This document shows, piece by piece, positions 35,908 to 44,280 of a stretch of DNA of 64,000 bases (positions are counted from its first letter, which is position 1; each line of letters opens with the position of its first letter). The translations under genes were made by a program, and so were the position numbers. The notes under the pieces were generated by a model. It saw nothing but the letters and a program-made list of their open reading frames with translations, was not told the DNA's origin and did no database searches. Source of the DNA: a virus (taxonomy: Duplodnaviria > Caudoviricetes); IMG/VR virus record IMGVR_UViG_3300025129_000005; one strand, 5' to 3'.

Positions 35908-36498
35908 ATGAGTTTTTATGATCGGCAGGATTTGATTGATGGTATTAATAACAAAATTAAAGTTTGTGTAATCGGGGCTGGCGGTATCGGTTTTCATGTC
36001 GCTAAAGGTCTTGCAATGTCAGGTGTCGAAACAATTTATGTTTTTGATCCTGATACCATCGAAGAATCAAACCTTAACCGTCTTGATGTAACAGTTGATG
36101 TTATTGGGAAAAATAAAGCTGATGTGGTCAAGCAGGTGGTAAAATCTCTTCGTCCGAACTGTATGGTCAAATCGTTTCCGTTTCCACTGAAAGATCATAC
36201 CTATCCTAAAGGTGTTGACTGGATTGTTGACTGTACTGATAATCATAAAAGTCAGTTAGAAAACCAACGTATGGCTCAAGAAAATGAAGCACGGTATCTT
36301 AAAGTGGGGTATGACGGGACCAGGATGTCGATCAATGATCGAGTCGCAACATGGGATTCAGGAGAAACCCAAGATGGGTATCGTATAACCCCGAGTTGGG
36401 CACCACCAGCTATCATCGTTGCGTATCTGGGTGTGGCCAAAATCCTCAAATATCACAATGGCGAAATGGGTTGCGATTTATCAGAAATATATCGATAA
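35908..36498 (+). CDS. ThiF/MoeB-family E1-like adenylating enzyme (minimal; no Zn motifs)
   Basis: YDRQ, VIGAGGIG, DPDTIEESNLNR, G..K, VDCTD. Confidence 0.93.
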   Translation: MSFYDRQDLIDGINNKIKVCVIGAGGIGFHVAKGLAMSGVETIYVFDPDTIEESNLNRLDVTVDVIGKNKADVVKQVVKSLRPNCMVKSFPFPLKDHTYPKGVDWIVDCTDNHKSQLENQRMAQENEARYLKVGYDGTRMSINDRVATWDSGETQDGYRITPSWAPPAIIVAYLGVAKILKYHNGEMGCDLSEIYR

Positions 36499-36514
36499 TA
36501 AATTGTGAGGTATT

Positions 36515-37603
36515 ATGGGGAAGAAAAGAAAATTAAAAAAAAAACTAAAAAAGCATAAGAAGGGATTTTATATGTTTGGTATTAAAGAAAATAAAGCACT
36601 TGAACTTATTTCAGATAAAGACTTTGATGATCTGATCAAACTCCATGATAAGGGCGGGGCATTTAACGTAAAAGAATCTAAATTCAATTGTTGGGATTCG
36701 GGTATTAAGATCATCAAAACTTGCGGTCATATAAATGTGTCTAAGTATCACATCGAATTTCACCTTCTTGCACATAAAAAAATTGAAAAATTAAAGAAAG
36801 TTTATCCTAATTTGGAATGGTTGGCGTACTTGGTTGGATCTGTTGACCACGATAATCATAAAGTATCTGTTACTGACTTGGTTATTCCTGATTCTCAAAA
36901 GGTTACCGGCACTAGCGTTTATAACGTTGAATATAATTGGGAATCCTTGGCTGATAATAAAGTTATAATTGGTGTTATCCATAGTCATAATACCATGGGA
37001 GCATTCTTCTCAGGGACAGATGATGCTTATATCAACCAAAATCATGACGTATCAATTGTGGTCTCTACTGCTGCAGGTCGTGAAATCAAAGCGCAAGTCA
37101 GGGTTAAAACTCTTTGTAATTCTTACATTCTTGCCGAAAACATTGAGTTTTCAGTAAAATACCCCCAACTTTTTGATGAAAGTGAATTTGAGTCCGAACT
37201 TTCAGAGAAAATAATTTCTCATTCTTCAATTAGTAGCTGTAGAGGTATTATAGGTCGAAGCTTTTTGAATAATTTCACTGGTTATGATACCGAAAACAAT
37301 GATTTTCTTGATCTTGAAGAACTTGAATATGAATATCCCGAAAAAATGACCAAACTAGATATTCGTGATGAACTTCTTTTCTATTATGAAGAAGAAGATG
37401 TTGATGAGATGATTAGAGATGGATCAGCTGTCAATGAACTTAAAATTATTCGTAAAAAAGTAAAAGAGAATTCGGATAAAGGCTTTTTGGATCAAGAGGA
37501 TGGCTGGTCTTCGGTAGACTTTGAAGAAGAATTTGAAGAAGACGAGGATGAGGACGAAGATTACGAATTTGATGATAAATTTGATTATTTTAAGTTGTTG
37601 TAG
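36515..37603 (+). CDS. JAB/MPN+ metallopeptidase (deubiquitinase-like) with acidic tail
   Basis: LEWLAYL.G, IP.SQ.VTG, GVIHSH.TM.AFFSGTDD. Confidence 0.9.
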   Translation: MGKKRKLKKKLKKHKKGFYMFGIKENKALELISDKDFDDLIKLHDKGGAFNVKESKFNCWDSGIKIIKTCGHINVSKYHIEFHLLAHKKIEKLKKVYPNLEWLAYLVGSVDHDNHKVSVTDLVIPDSQKVTGTSVYNVEYNWESLADNKVIIGVIHSHNTMGAFFSGTDDAYINQNHDVSIVVSTAAGREIKAQVRVKTLCNSYILAENIEFSVKYPQLFDESEFESELSEKIISHSSISSCRGIIGRSFLNNFTGYDTENNDFLDLEELEYEYPEKMTKLDIRDELLFYYEEEDVDEMIRDGSAVNELKIIRKKVKENSDKGFLDQEDGWSSVDFEEEFEEDEDEDEDYEFDDKFDYFKLL

Positions 37604-37652
37604 ATGATTTCATAGATAAGACTCAAGAATATAAAAATCCTCCGATGTAATT

Positions 37653-37686
37653 GGAGTATTAACTTAAAGGTTAGTACTCCTTTTTT
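37653..37686 (+). terminator. Terminator after JAB
   Basis: GGAGTATTAAC/GTTAGTACTCC followed by T6. Confidence 0.75.
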
Positions 37687-37707
37687 ATATAAATATATAT
37701 ATGCTTA

Positions 37708-38022
37708 ATGGAGGTTACTATGAGTGTCATTAAAAAAATATGGGAGTTCTTCATTCCTTTACTATCCGAGAGAAATGATAAAGGTGAATATAAACGAGCA
37801 TCTTTAGGTAGAATCTCGTTCTGGATCGTGTTTGGTATAGCAATTTGGATCTGGATAGCAGGAACGGGTGATATTCAAGCATCACATTTACAAATGCTTT
37901 ACATTACAGCTACCTATAATCTCATGAAAAAAGCATCATGGTTTAATAGGTCAGATCTTTCTGCGGGACCAGATGCAAAAAATTATAGTGATCCTTATAA
38001 TGATAGATCTCCAAGAATCTAA
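37708..38022 (+). CDS. Putative holin
   Basis: SLGRI.FW plus TM segments; late promoter at 37688; precedes the spanin-like pair. Confidence 0.55.
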   Translation: MEVTMSVIKKIWEFFIPLLSERNDKGEYKRASLGRISFWIVFGIAIWIWIAGTGDIQASHLQMLYITATYNLMKKASWFNRSDLSAGPDAKNYSDPYNDRSPRI

Positions 38023-38031
38023 GGAGTTAAT

Positions 38032-38457
38032 ATGTGGACAACAATACTGACTATAATTAAAAGACCAACAGTGGTCGCCATAATTGTGTTGCTTTTGTTA
38101 TGCGGAACATTATACATTAATAACGCTAGACAGGATGTTAAAATTGCGGAATTGGGCACTAAAATCGCAAAAATAGAATTAAATTATTCTACTTGTAAAA
38201 CCAGTAAATCTACACTACAAGAAGCTATCAACGTTTGTAATGGTCAGTCTGATGCTTGGGTTGCAAGTAATGATGCTCTAAGAGAACAGATAACCAAATG
38301 TTACGATGAAGTTGCTTATTGGCAAAATTTATATGATAACAAAATCTGTTTCACTAATGAAGACGAAACCCCTGTTGTCCCCTCTCAGGGTAAGGTGGTC
38401 AATGATGTTAAAAGTTCCGAAGCTGTTCATCGTATTAACATTATTTTTGGGGATTAA
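38032..38457 (+). CDS. Putative i-spanin (Rz-like)
   Basis: N-terminal TM anchor followed by coiled coil. Confidence 0.65.
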   Translation: MWTTILTIIKRPTVVAIIVLLLLCGTLYINNARQDVKIAELGTKIAKIELNYSTCKTSKSTLQEAINVCNGQSDAWVASNDALREQITKCYDEVAYWQNLYDNKICFTNEDETPVVPSQGKVVNDVKSSEAVHRINIIFGD

Positions 38458-38713
38458 TGGATGTGGTTGGTTTTCCAAACCTGAACCTGAAATTGTTACA
38501 AAAATATCATATATTTACGTATATAATAAATGTCCTATACCAAAAGTACCAGAATATACAAAGCTTGATAATTCTAGTCATATAGGAAGTGCTTTTAATA
38601 TAAATATTCTTGTAGGAAATGTAGAAAAAATGAAATCCTATAATAAAAGTTTGTTGGGGTCATTGGAGTGTTATGACAAACAAACCAAGGAGATAAATAA
38701 TGATAGACATTGA
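38402..38713 (+). CDS. Putative o-spanin lipoprotein (Rz1-like)
   Basis: Lipobox ING-C, Pro-rich segment CPIP..P, overlaps the i-spanin 3' end. Confidence 0.7.
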   Translation: MMLKVPKLFIVLTLFLGINGCGWFSKPEPEIVTKISYIYVYNKCPIPKVPEYTKLDNSSHIGSAFNINILVGNVEKMKSYNKSLLGSLECYDKQTKEINNDRH

Positions 38714-38958
38714 TTTATTAGTTGAAAGATATATAATAGATGCTAATATTTATTCGGGGAATAAAACTCCGATGTCCAGAGTAGAAGCTTTGAGTGAGTA
38801 GATTGGAAAAATCAAAAGACAAAGATGAAATGGGGTTTCTTGTCAGAGTTGCTAGTTTTGCCGGTGCGACTCGACATGAACTAGAAGATGCTCTTAATGG
38901 TAGAAAATATAATTTCTATACAGCAGATATCAACAAAGAAAAGCGATGGAGATGGTGA
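38700..38958 (+). pseudogene. Small gene disrupted by a 4-bp tandem duplication (GAGT at 38792-38799)
   Basis: Removing one GAGT fuses MIDIDLLVE...EAL to SRLEKSKD...RWRW. Confidence 0.5.
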
Positions 38959-39173
38959 TGAATAACATATTAGATCGAATTAATGATAAACTGGATGAGA
39001 TGGCAAAAGGAGATTTTGCTGGATGGGTTGCTATGTATGGTGGTAAGCGCATTGAAATTACCAAAGATCAAGCAACAGATTTATATGGAGCAAAACAGCT
39101 TGCTATCAAACAGTTAAAAGTTCCCAAATCAAAACAAGGTCTTTTAGCTATAAAGCTGGGTTATGAAGAATAA
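38946..39173 (+). CDS. Hypothetical protein
   Basis: ORF track; translationally coupled. Confidence 0.65.
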   Translation: MEMVMNNILDRINDKLDEMAKGDFAGWVAMYGGKRIEITKDQATDLYGAKQLAIKQLKVPKSKQGLLAIKLGYEE

Positions 39174-39559
39174 TGAGATTTGAACGATACATAAACGAAG
39201 GTGATGGTGATTTTGACTTAAATAAACGTATCGTTTTTTCATGGAAAGGTCATAAGGTAGTTAATACCGAGCATGGTAAGCAACGCATCAAACAACGTAG
39301 TGATATTACGGACTTTCAAATGTTGACAATGTTCAAAAATGCTATTAAGAAGATTGAAAGTAAATCCGTAAAGATAGGGGAAAAAATTGTTTTTTGGTCT
39401 AAAACATTAGGACAAGCTTTTATAGCAAAGATAGATGATGTTAAGGATTTGATATTACTTACGTTCTTTCCGAGACACAAGAAACCGAGTGGAGTAAATG
39501 ATCCATATCAACGAGAAGTTGTTATAGAAGGCGAACATTTAAGAATAGTGGAGATATGA
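39173..39559 (+). CDS. Hypothetical protein
   Basis: N-terminus MRFERYINE. Confidence 0.7.
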   Translation: MRFERYINEGDGDFDLNKRIVFSWKGHKVVNTEHGKQRIKQRSDITDFQMLTMFKNAIKKIESKSVKIGEKIVFWSKTLGQAFIAKIDDVKDLILLTFFPRHKKPSGVNDPYQREVVIEGEHLRIVEI

Positions 39560-40263
39560 AATTAATGAGGCTTGAGCAGTATATAACCGAAAGCATTAAC
39601 GATAAGGGTATTTTCAAGGCCATATTCATGGCAGGTTCGCCGGGATCAGGAAAGTCGTTTGTAAGAAAAAAATTGTCAGGTGGGTATGAACCCAGAGTCG
39701 TAAATACCGATAAATTCACAGAATTCTTCGGGGGGTGGAATGGTTTTAGTGAGAAGATAAAACTTCTTAATAATAATCAATTATTGTTATATTTAAATTC
39801 TATGTTACCTCTTTGGATTGACGGAACTTCTGGTAATAGAAACAATCTCATGACAAGAGAAGGTCTTTTGTCAGGGATGGGATACGATACTGGTATGATA
39901 TGGGTCAATACTGACCTTGACGAAGCAGTTAAGAGGGCACAGGAGCGCGAAGCCCATGGCGGTAGACATGTTGATATCCCTTGGTTAAAAGAAACTTACG
40001 AAAAAATTCAGAAGATGAAATCATTCTATATGACTCGTTTTCAATGGTTCTTAGAGGTTGACAATAATACTGGACAATTAACTGATGAAGTGGTACAAAA
40101 TCTATACTCAAAAACACTTCCATTTTTTGGGGGACCAGTGAAAAACCCACATGGGCAAGAAATTATAAATACTTTAAAAGAGATGGGTGGAAAATACCTT
40201 ACGGATATGGAAGAATATGATATGAAGTTTATTCAAAATAGAACAAAAGCGTGGTTTACGTGA
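39556..40263 (+). CDS. P-loop kinase (AAA_33/zeta-toxin-like)
   Basis: KAIFMAGSPGSGKS, VN.D, IDGTS, A..RA..R..RGGR-like segment. Confidence 0.8.
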   Translation: MKLMRLEQYITESINDKGIFKAIFMAGSPGSGKSFVRKKLSGGYEPRVVNTDKFTEFFGGWNGFSEKIKLLNNNQLLLYLNSMLPLWIDGTSGNRNNLMTREGLLSGMGYDTGMIWVNTDLDEAVKRAQEREAHGGRHVDIPWLKETYEKIQKMKSFYMTRFQWFLEVDNNTGQLTDEVVQNLYSKTLPFFGGPVKNPHGQEIINTLKEMGGKYLTDMEEYDMKFIQNRTKAWFT

Positions 40264-41099
40264 TGAAAAAGTTCTACGATAAATTAAATGAGGCGACAAC
40301 TCTATCTTCCGGTGGATATACTAATCCCGGTGATGGATCTGGTATTACAGGTGATGATGATCTTCCTACTGGTACGACTGTGTTTGGTGATAAAATGGTG
40401 CCTGTTGTTGTAAATAATCGATTAACAGGTAAAACCATAAAGTATGTACCAGCCGAGGATCTAGGTCAAGGGTGGAATTATGATGAATTTGAAAATTCAT
40501 CTGGTATGGGATCAATAAAAGGGTATTCAACGACACTCTTAGGTTTAAGAGAATTATTAGGGAAAAGGTTGTTTAAACATGCCCAAAAAGAGAAACTTAA
40601 GATGCAGACTGATAAATGGGATAAGCGTTCAGGGGATCAAGATGATAGCGGTACTAATCAAACAGCAAAGATCAGTGATGATGATCCTTCAAAAATAGAA
40701 TTATCTAAGGGTGGAACTGAAAGTGAAATTAAGAATGAAAAACCCGAAACAAATGATCATTGGAGAGAAGTGCCTATGAAACATATTGGCGATTTAGACA
40801 TAATGGAGAAAATTAACAATTACTTAGGGGAACCCGAAGAGATGGTTAATGAGGTGGTTGCTGATGCGAATGACAGGAAATTATTAGCACAAGCTATCAT
40901 AAAAGGCAAGAACACAAAGATAAGTATTAAGAGTTTAGGTGTTCAGGCGATTGTGACCAATTCTGAGGCTGAAACTATTGTAACATACCAAAAAAATGAA
41001 GATTTTACTCTAATTTTAGTGGATATTGCTGATACTTTGGGCATGGAATTTAAATTAACCAAAGATGGTGGAAAACAAGCTTTCCGTTTAATAAAATAA
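40251..41099 (+). CDS. Hypothetical protein
   Basis: N-terminus MKKFYDKLNE. Confidence 0.7.
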   Translation: MVYVMKKFYDKLNEATTLSSGGYTNPGDGSGITGDDDLPTGTTVFGDKMVPVVVNNRLTGKTIKYVPAEDLGQGWNYDEFENSSGMGSIKGYSTTLLGLRELLGKRLFKHAQKEKLKMQTDKWDKRSGDQDDSGTNQTAKISDDDPSKIELSKGGTESEIKNEKPETNDHWREVPMKHIGDLDIMEKINNYLGEPEEMVNEVVADANDRKLLAQAIIKGKNTKISIKSLGVQAIVTNSEAETIVTYQKNEDFTLILVDIADTLGMEFKLTKDGGKQAFRLIK

Positions 41100-41109
41100 A
41101 ACCCTGTTA

Positions 41110-41451
41110 TCAATCGAACAGGGTTTCTTTATACCTCTGACCTTCTATGATATTGTATTCTGTCACATCAAAACCTTCAATGTTGTAATATTTGAGTCTA
41201 GTCTCTGAGTTTTTGGTTAGATTCTTCTCTGTATCGCAAATATCCCAAACAATTGCACCATTATCTTTATCTGCATGAAGTCTCAAGGTTCGTCCTATAC
41301 TCTGTAAGATTCTTATCTTACTTTTAAATGGTGATGCAAGTATTAAGTGTCTCAGTGATTTAATGTTTATTCCCTGCTGGAAAATCCCGTAAGTGGCGAT
41401 AAGAACTATTTTCTTTGCCACGAAATCCTCCTTTACTTCTGTTGGTTTCAT
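41110..41451 (-). CDS. uvsW: UvsW helicase, C-terminal piece (motifs V-VI)
   Basis: IATYGIFQQGINIKSLRHLILASPFKSKIRILQSIGRTLR. Confidence 0.9.
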   Translation of the reverse strand: MKPTEVKEDFVAKKIVLIATYGIFQQGINIKSLRHLILASPFKSKIRILQSIGRTLRLHADKDNGAIVWDICDTEKNLTKNSETRLKYYNIEGFDVTEYNIIEGQRYKETLFD

Positions 41452-41468
41452 GCGTCACGTATCTCCTG

Positions 41469-42626
41469 TTATGCTAGCTTTTCCCAAGCTATATTTTGTG
41501 GACTTTTTAGTTCTTGTAAACGAACCGTGGCATTTGCACCAAATACTCTATTTGCGTATCTCAACCACAAATCCATAGTTGAGGTTTCCTTAGATCCTTT
41601 TCTTCCGATCTTCACTTTCAATACAAAACCAGTAGCTTTTTTATCAGTAATATTATATGAAATATCTTTAATTTCTAAGGGGTTGTTTGTCAGTTCTGAT
41701 CTTGAAGGAACATAATATAGACTCTTCTGTGACTGATAAAAATATGGTTTAACGGAAAAGTTTAGCAATTTTTCTATAACATGTGTGTTTGTTAATGCAT
41801 TAGATATTAGAGGCAAAACACCATTAGCAGCCGCTTCAAATACCTGCTTTGATAATGTGCTGAATTCTTGGGTATTTGCTGTTAAATGTGCCCCAAACAC
41901 AGAATGTAATTCAATATTATGCCCAACTTCGGCTAGCAATCCACTTTCTGTGTAATCTTTACTTTTGTTTTTAGCAACAACAGTATATGAATTATCCGTA
42001 TTATATCTGATATTATAGTGTGGTGACCTTTTATCGGGAACATAAATTTCTCCCTTCATACTCTTGGCTTTTGCTAGAGTTGACTTCATAACCACAGTCT
42101 TCCATTTATCATATAATCCCGTACTAACTTTATCACAATAAAATTTTATACTATCAACTCCTTTGGGGTTTTCTATACCAAGATGTGAGGGTGACAAATT
42201 AGATAATGTGATACCTTGCTTCCCTTTAATCGAAATGCCGAACGCAGAAGAACCAACAAATTCAACGTCAGCTGGATTACTATCATCACCCTTGGCATTT
42301 GTACCGCCCACCCAAAATAATTTTGGTATTGATCCGACTTTACCTGTGACTAATTTTTTTCTGGACTTTGATATTTCATAATATGTATTGAATACGTTAG
42401 CGTTATAGTTTATAGGAAGAAATTTAAGTATTTCTGAATAAACGTGATCAGGATTTTCCAATTTATTGGAATCCCACCATAAACTAGGGTCAAACTCAAG
42501 ACTGGTAGGATCAAATCCTTTTAAATTCTGAGTCTTTGTAGTATATGCTAGAAGACATGCTAATTCGGTATTGTACCGTTCGGCACCAGACTTCCCACCC
42601 TCAAGTAAATATTGTTCGAATTTCAT
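41469..42626 (-). CDS. Putative PD-(D/E)XK restriction-like endonuclease
   Basis: PADVEF...GISIK core; coupled to a methyltransferase gene; N-terminus MKFEQYLLE. Confidence 0.55.
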   Translation of the reverse strand: MKFEQYLLEGGKSGAERYNTELACLLAYTTKTQNLKGFDPTSLEFDPSLWWDSNKLENPDHVYSEILKFLPINYNANVFNTYYEISKSRKKLVTGKVGSIPKLFWVGGTNAKGDDSNPADVEFVGSSAFGISIKGKQGITLSNLSPSHLGIENPKGVDSIKFYCDKVSTGLYDKWKTVVMKSTLAKAKSMKGEIYVPDKRSPHYNIRYNTDNSYTVVAKNKSKDYTESGLLAEVGHNIELHSVFGAHLTANTQEFSTLSKQVFEAAANGVLPLISNALTNTHVIEKLLNFSVKPYFYQSQKSLYYVPSRSELTNNPLEIKDISYNITDKKATGFVLKVKIGRKGSKETSTMDLWLRYANRVFGANATVRLQELKSPQNIAWEKLA

Positions 42627-43447
42627 AAGTTATCTTTATTATCCTCGTATAATTGTATAAATTCCCCTATTGTAAACGTGGGGCTTATTGCAGTTGTATC
42701 ATACGAATATTTATACAATAAATGATTTAGTTTTTTTAACTTTGAAACAATAATATCACTGTCAACTTTTAAGAATATAAATTGTGTTATTGGGGTTGCA
42801 TAGCTAGATTCAATTAACTCACCTACACGATTGCTGTATCCTGTTCTACGAATAGCATAGTTAGTGTTGTTTATATCAAATTTATTCCCCTGTGGTATGA
42901 CTTGGAAATCAGATGAATGTTTTGGTAATATTATTTTCTTTCTAGGAAAAAAATCTTTTTTCCAGACCTGAATACAACATCTAGCGTTTGTACCTGATAC
43001 AAATGATCCAATATCAACATTCAATTGCTGATCCAAGTGAAATCTTGTGTCAAGCTGGTTAATTATATATGCTTTTTTAAACGATCTTGGTAGTATAAAT
43101 GCTATAGTATCACTATACTTTGCTGCATGATTAAAGAATTCGATAGCCAATTGCGCTCTGAATCCAAATGGCGGATTGCCGATGGTTAGAATTTTCTGAC
43201 CATCTTTGGGGCGCATATCAAAATCAAAGAAGTCCATTTTTTTTATAACATCATCATTTTCGGGTGCGATATCTAAGGCAATTAGCTTTGATGCATCTAT
43301 AAAATTACATATAGAACCATCACCAGCAGAGGGTTCTATTATGTGGTCATAATCATCCTGATTTATAAGGCTCACCAATTTCTTCGAAACATCAACATTT
43401 GTGTAATGTTTGTCTAGTTTTTCTTTTGTCTGTTTTTGTGTCATCAT
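42623..43447 (-). CDS. N6-adenine (amino) DNA methyltransferase
   Basis: HYT, IIEPSAGDGS (motif I), IGNPPFG (motif IV), AFILP.SF. Confidence 0.88.
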   Translation of the reverse strand: MMTQKQTKEKLDKHYTNVDVSKKLVSLINQDDYDHIIEPSAGDGSICNFIDASKLIALDIAPENDDVIKKMDFFDFDMRPKDGQKILTIGNPPFGFRAQLAIEFFNHAAKYSDTIAFILPRSFKKAYIINQLDTRFHLDQQLNVDIGSFVSGTNARCCIQVWKKDFFPRKKIILPKHSSDFQVIPQGNKFDINNTNYAIRRTGYSNRVGELIESSYATPITQFIFLKVDSDIIVSKLKKLNHLLYKYSYDTTAISPTFTIGEFIQLYEDNKDNL

Positions 43448-43476
43448 TTATTATGTGTCACACCTTATATTCGTAA

Positions 43477-44280
43477 TCAATCTTTACTAATATTACTTGT
43501 AATCCAATCGTCAGCAATATCATCATCAATGGTGATTTCTGATGCTTTCTTGAAACTGCCATCCGTGAGAGGAATATTTTCATCAGGACTAATTTGTATC
43601 TCAGTTTCACCGAAAAAAAGTTTAATCACCTTTTCACCCTGATCATCCATACATTTACGCCATCTTTCTCTTTTTGTAGCAGAATCTTTACCACTTAAGA
43701 ACTTTATTTCATGATCTTTAAGGGTCTCATCTTCCTCTAAAACCGTCTTTAATGTTTCACCCTCATCCGACACCTTACCTACAAGAATCAACACATTACC
43801 GTCCGAATTCTTAATGATGTCCTTGATTAGACCCTGACGATATGAATTATTAAAACATATATCCTTTATTTCGTTATAATTAGCTAGACCTTGGCGATGT
43901 GAATTATCAGAGCATATATCCTTTTTTCCTGTATGACTACTTCTCGGTGGTACTTTATATTCAATATGAACCATTTTAATGAATGCTTCTGCAACGTAAC
44001 CCATCTTGGCTAATCTTGAGGCACCATATTCACGTAATACCGGACCGAGATAGGATTGAACTTGTAGACAATCCAACTGTTGAGAGGGCATTGTACCAGT
44101 AAAACCAAATCTCCATCTTGCATTAGGACACATTTGTAACAATTCATTTAATACGATTGCTTTGCAGCCATGACAATTGGATACAACTATATCATTGGCG
44201 ATATAATTGTTATTATTTTTTACATGGAGATTGTATACCTTATCAGGTTTTTCAATTTCAGTTCTTTTTACGAGTCGCAT
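43477..44280 (-). CDS. uvsW: UvsW helicase, middle piece: split-intein C-part plus helicase motifs III-IV plus Hint-like tail
   Basis: VYNLHV..N.NYIAN.IVVSN|CHG; RFGFTGT; final ~58 aa resemble a degenerate Hint domain. Confidence 0.88.
   Translation of the reverse strand: MRLVKRTEIEKPDKVYNLHVKNNNNYIANDIVVSNCHGCKAIVLNELLQMCPNARWRFGFTGTMPSQQLDCLQVQSYLGPVLREYGASRLAKMGYVAEAFIKMVHIEYKVPPRSSHTGKKDICSDNSHRQGLANYNEIKDICFNNSYRQGLIKDIIKNSDGNVLILVGKVSDEGETLKTVLEEDETLKDHEIKFLSGKDSATKRERWRKCMDDQGEKVIKLFFGETEIQISPDENIPLTDGSFKKASEITIDDDIADDWITSNISKD
44176..44280 (-). other. Split intein C-fragment (35 aa)
   Basis: Blocks F/G ending Ser-Asn, followed by Cys+1. Confidence 0.88.

Noticed and set aside
35908-36498. 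ThiF/MoeB for thiamine or molybdopterin synthesis
   Set aside because: No thiG, thiH or moaE nearby; it lacks Zn motifs and is flanked by JAB and E2-like genes
43480-43653. Functional second split intein in uvsW
   Set aside because: Block A is poor, the block B His is absent, and the downstream piece has no IntC (no His/Ser-Asn-Cys/Ser/Thr)
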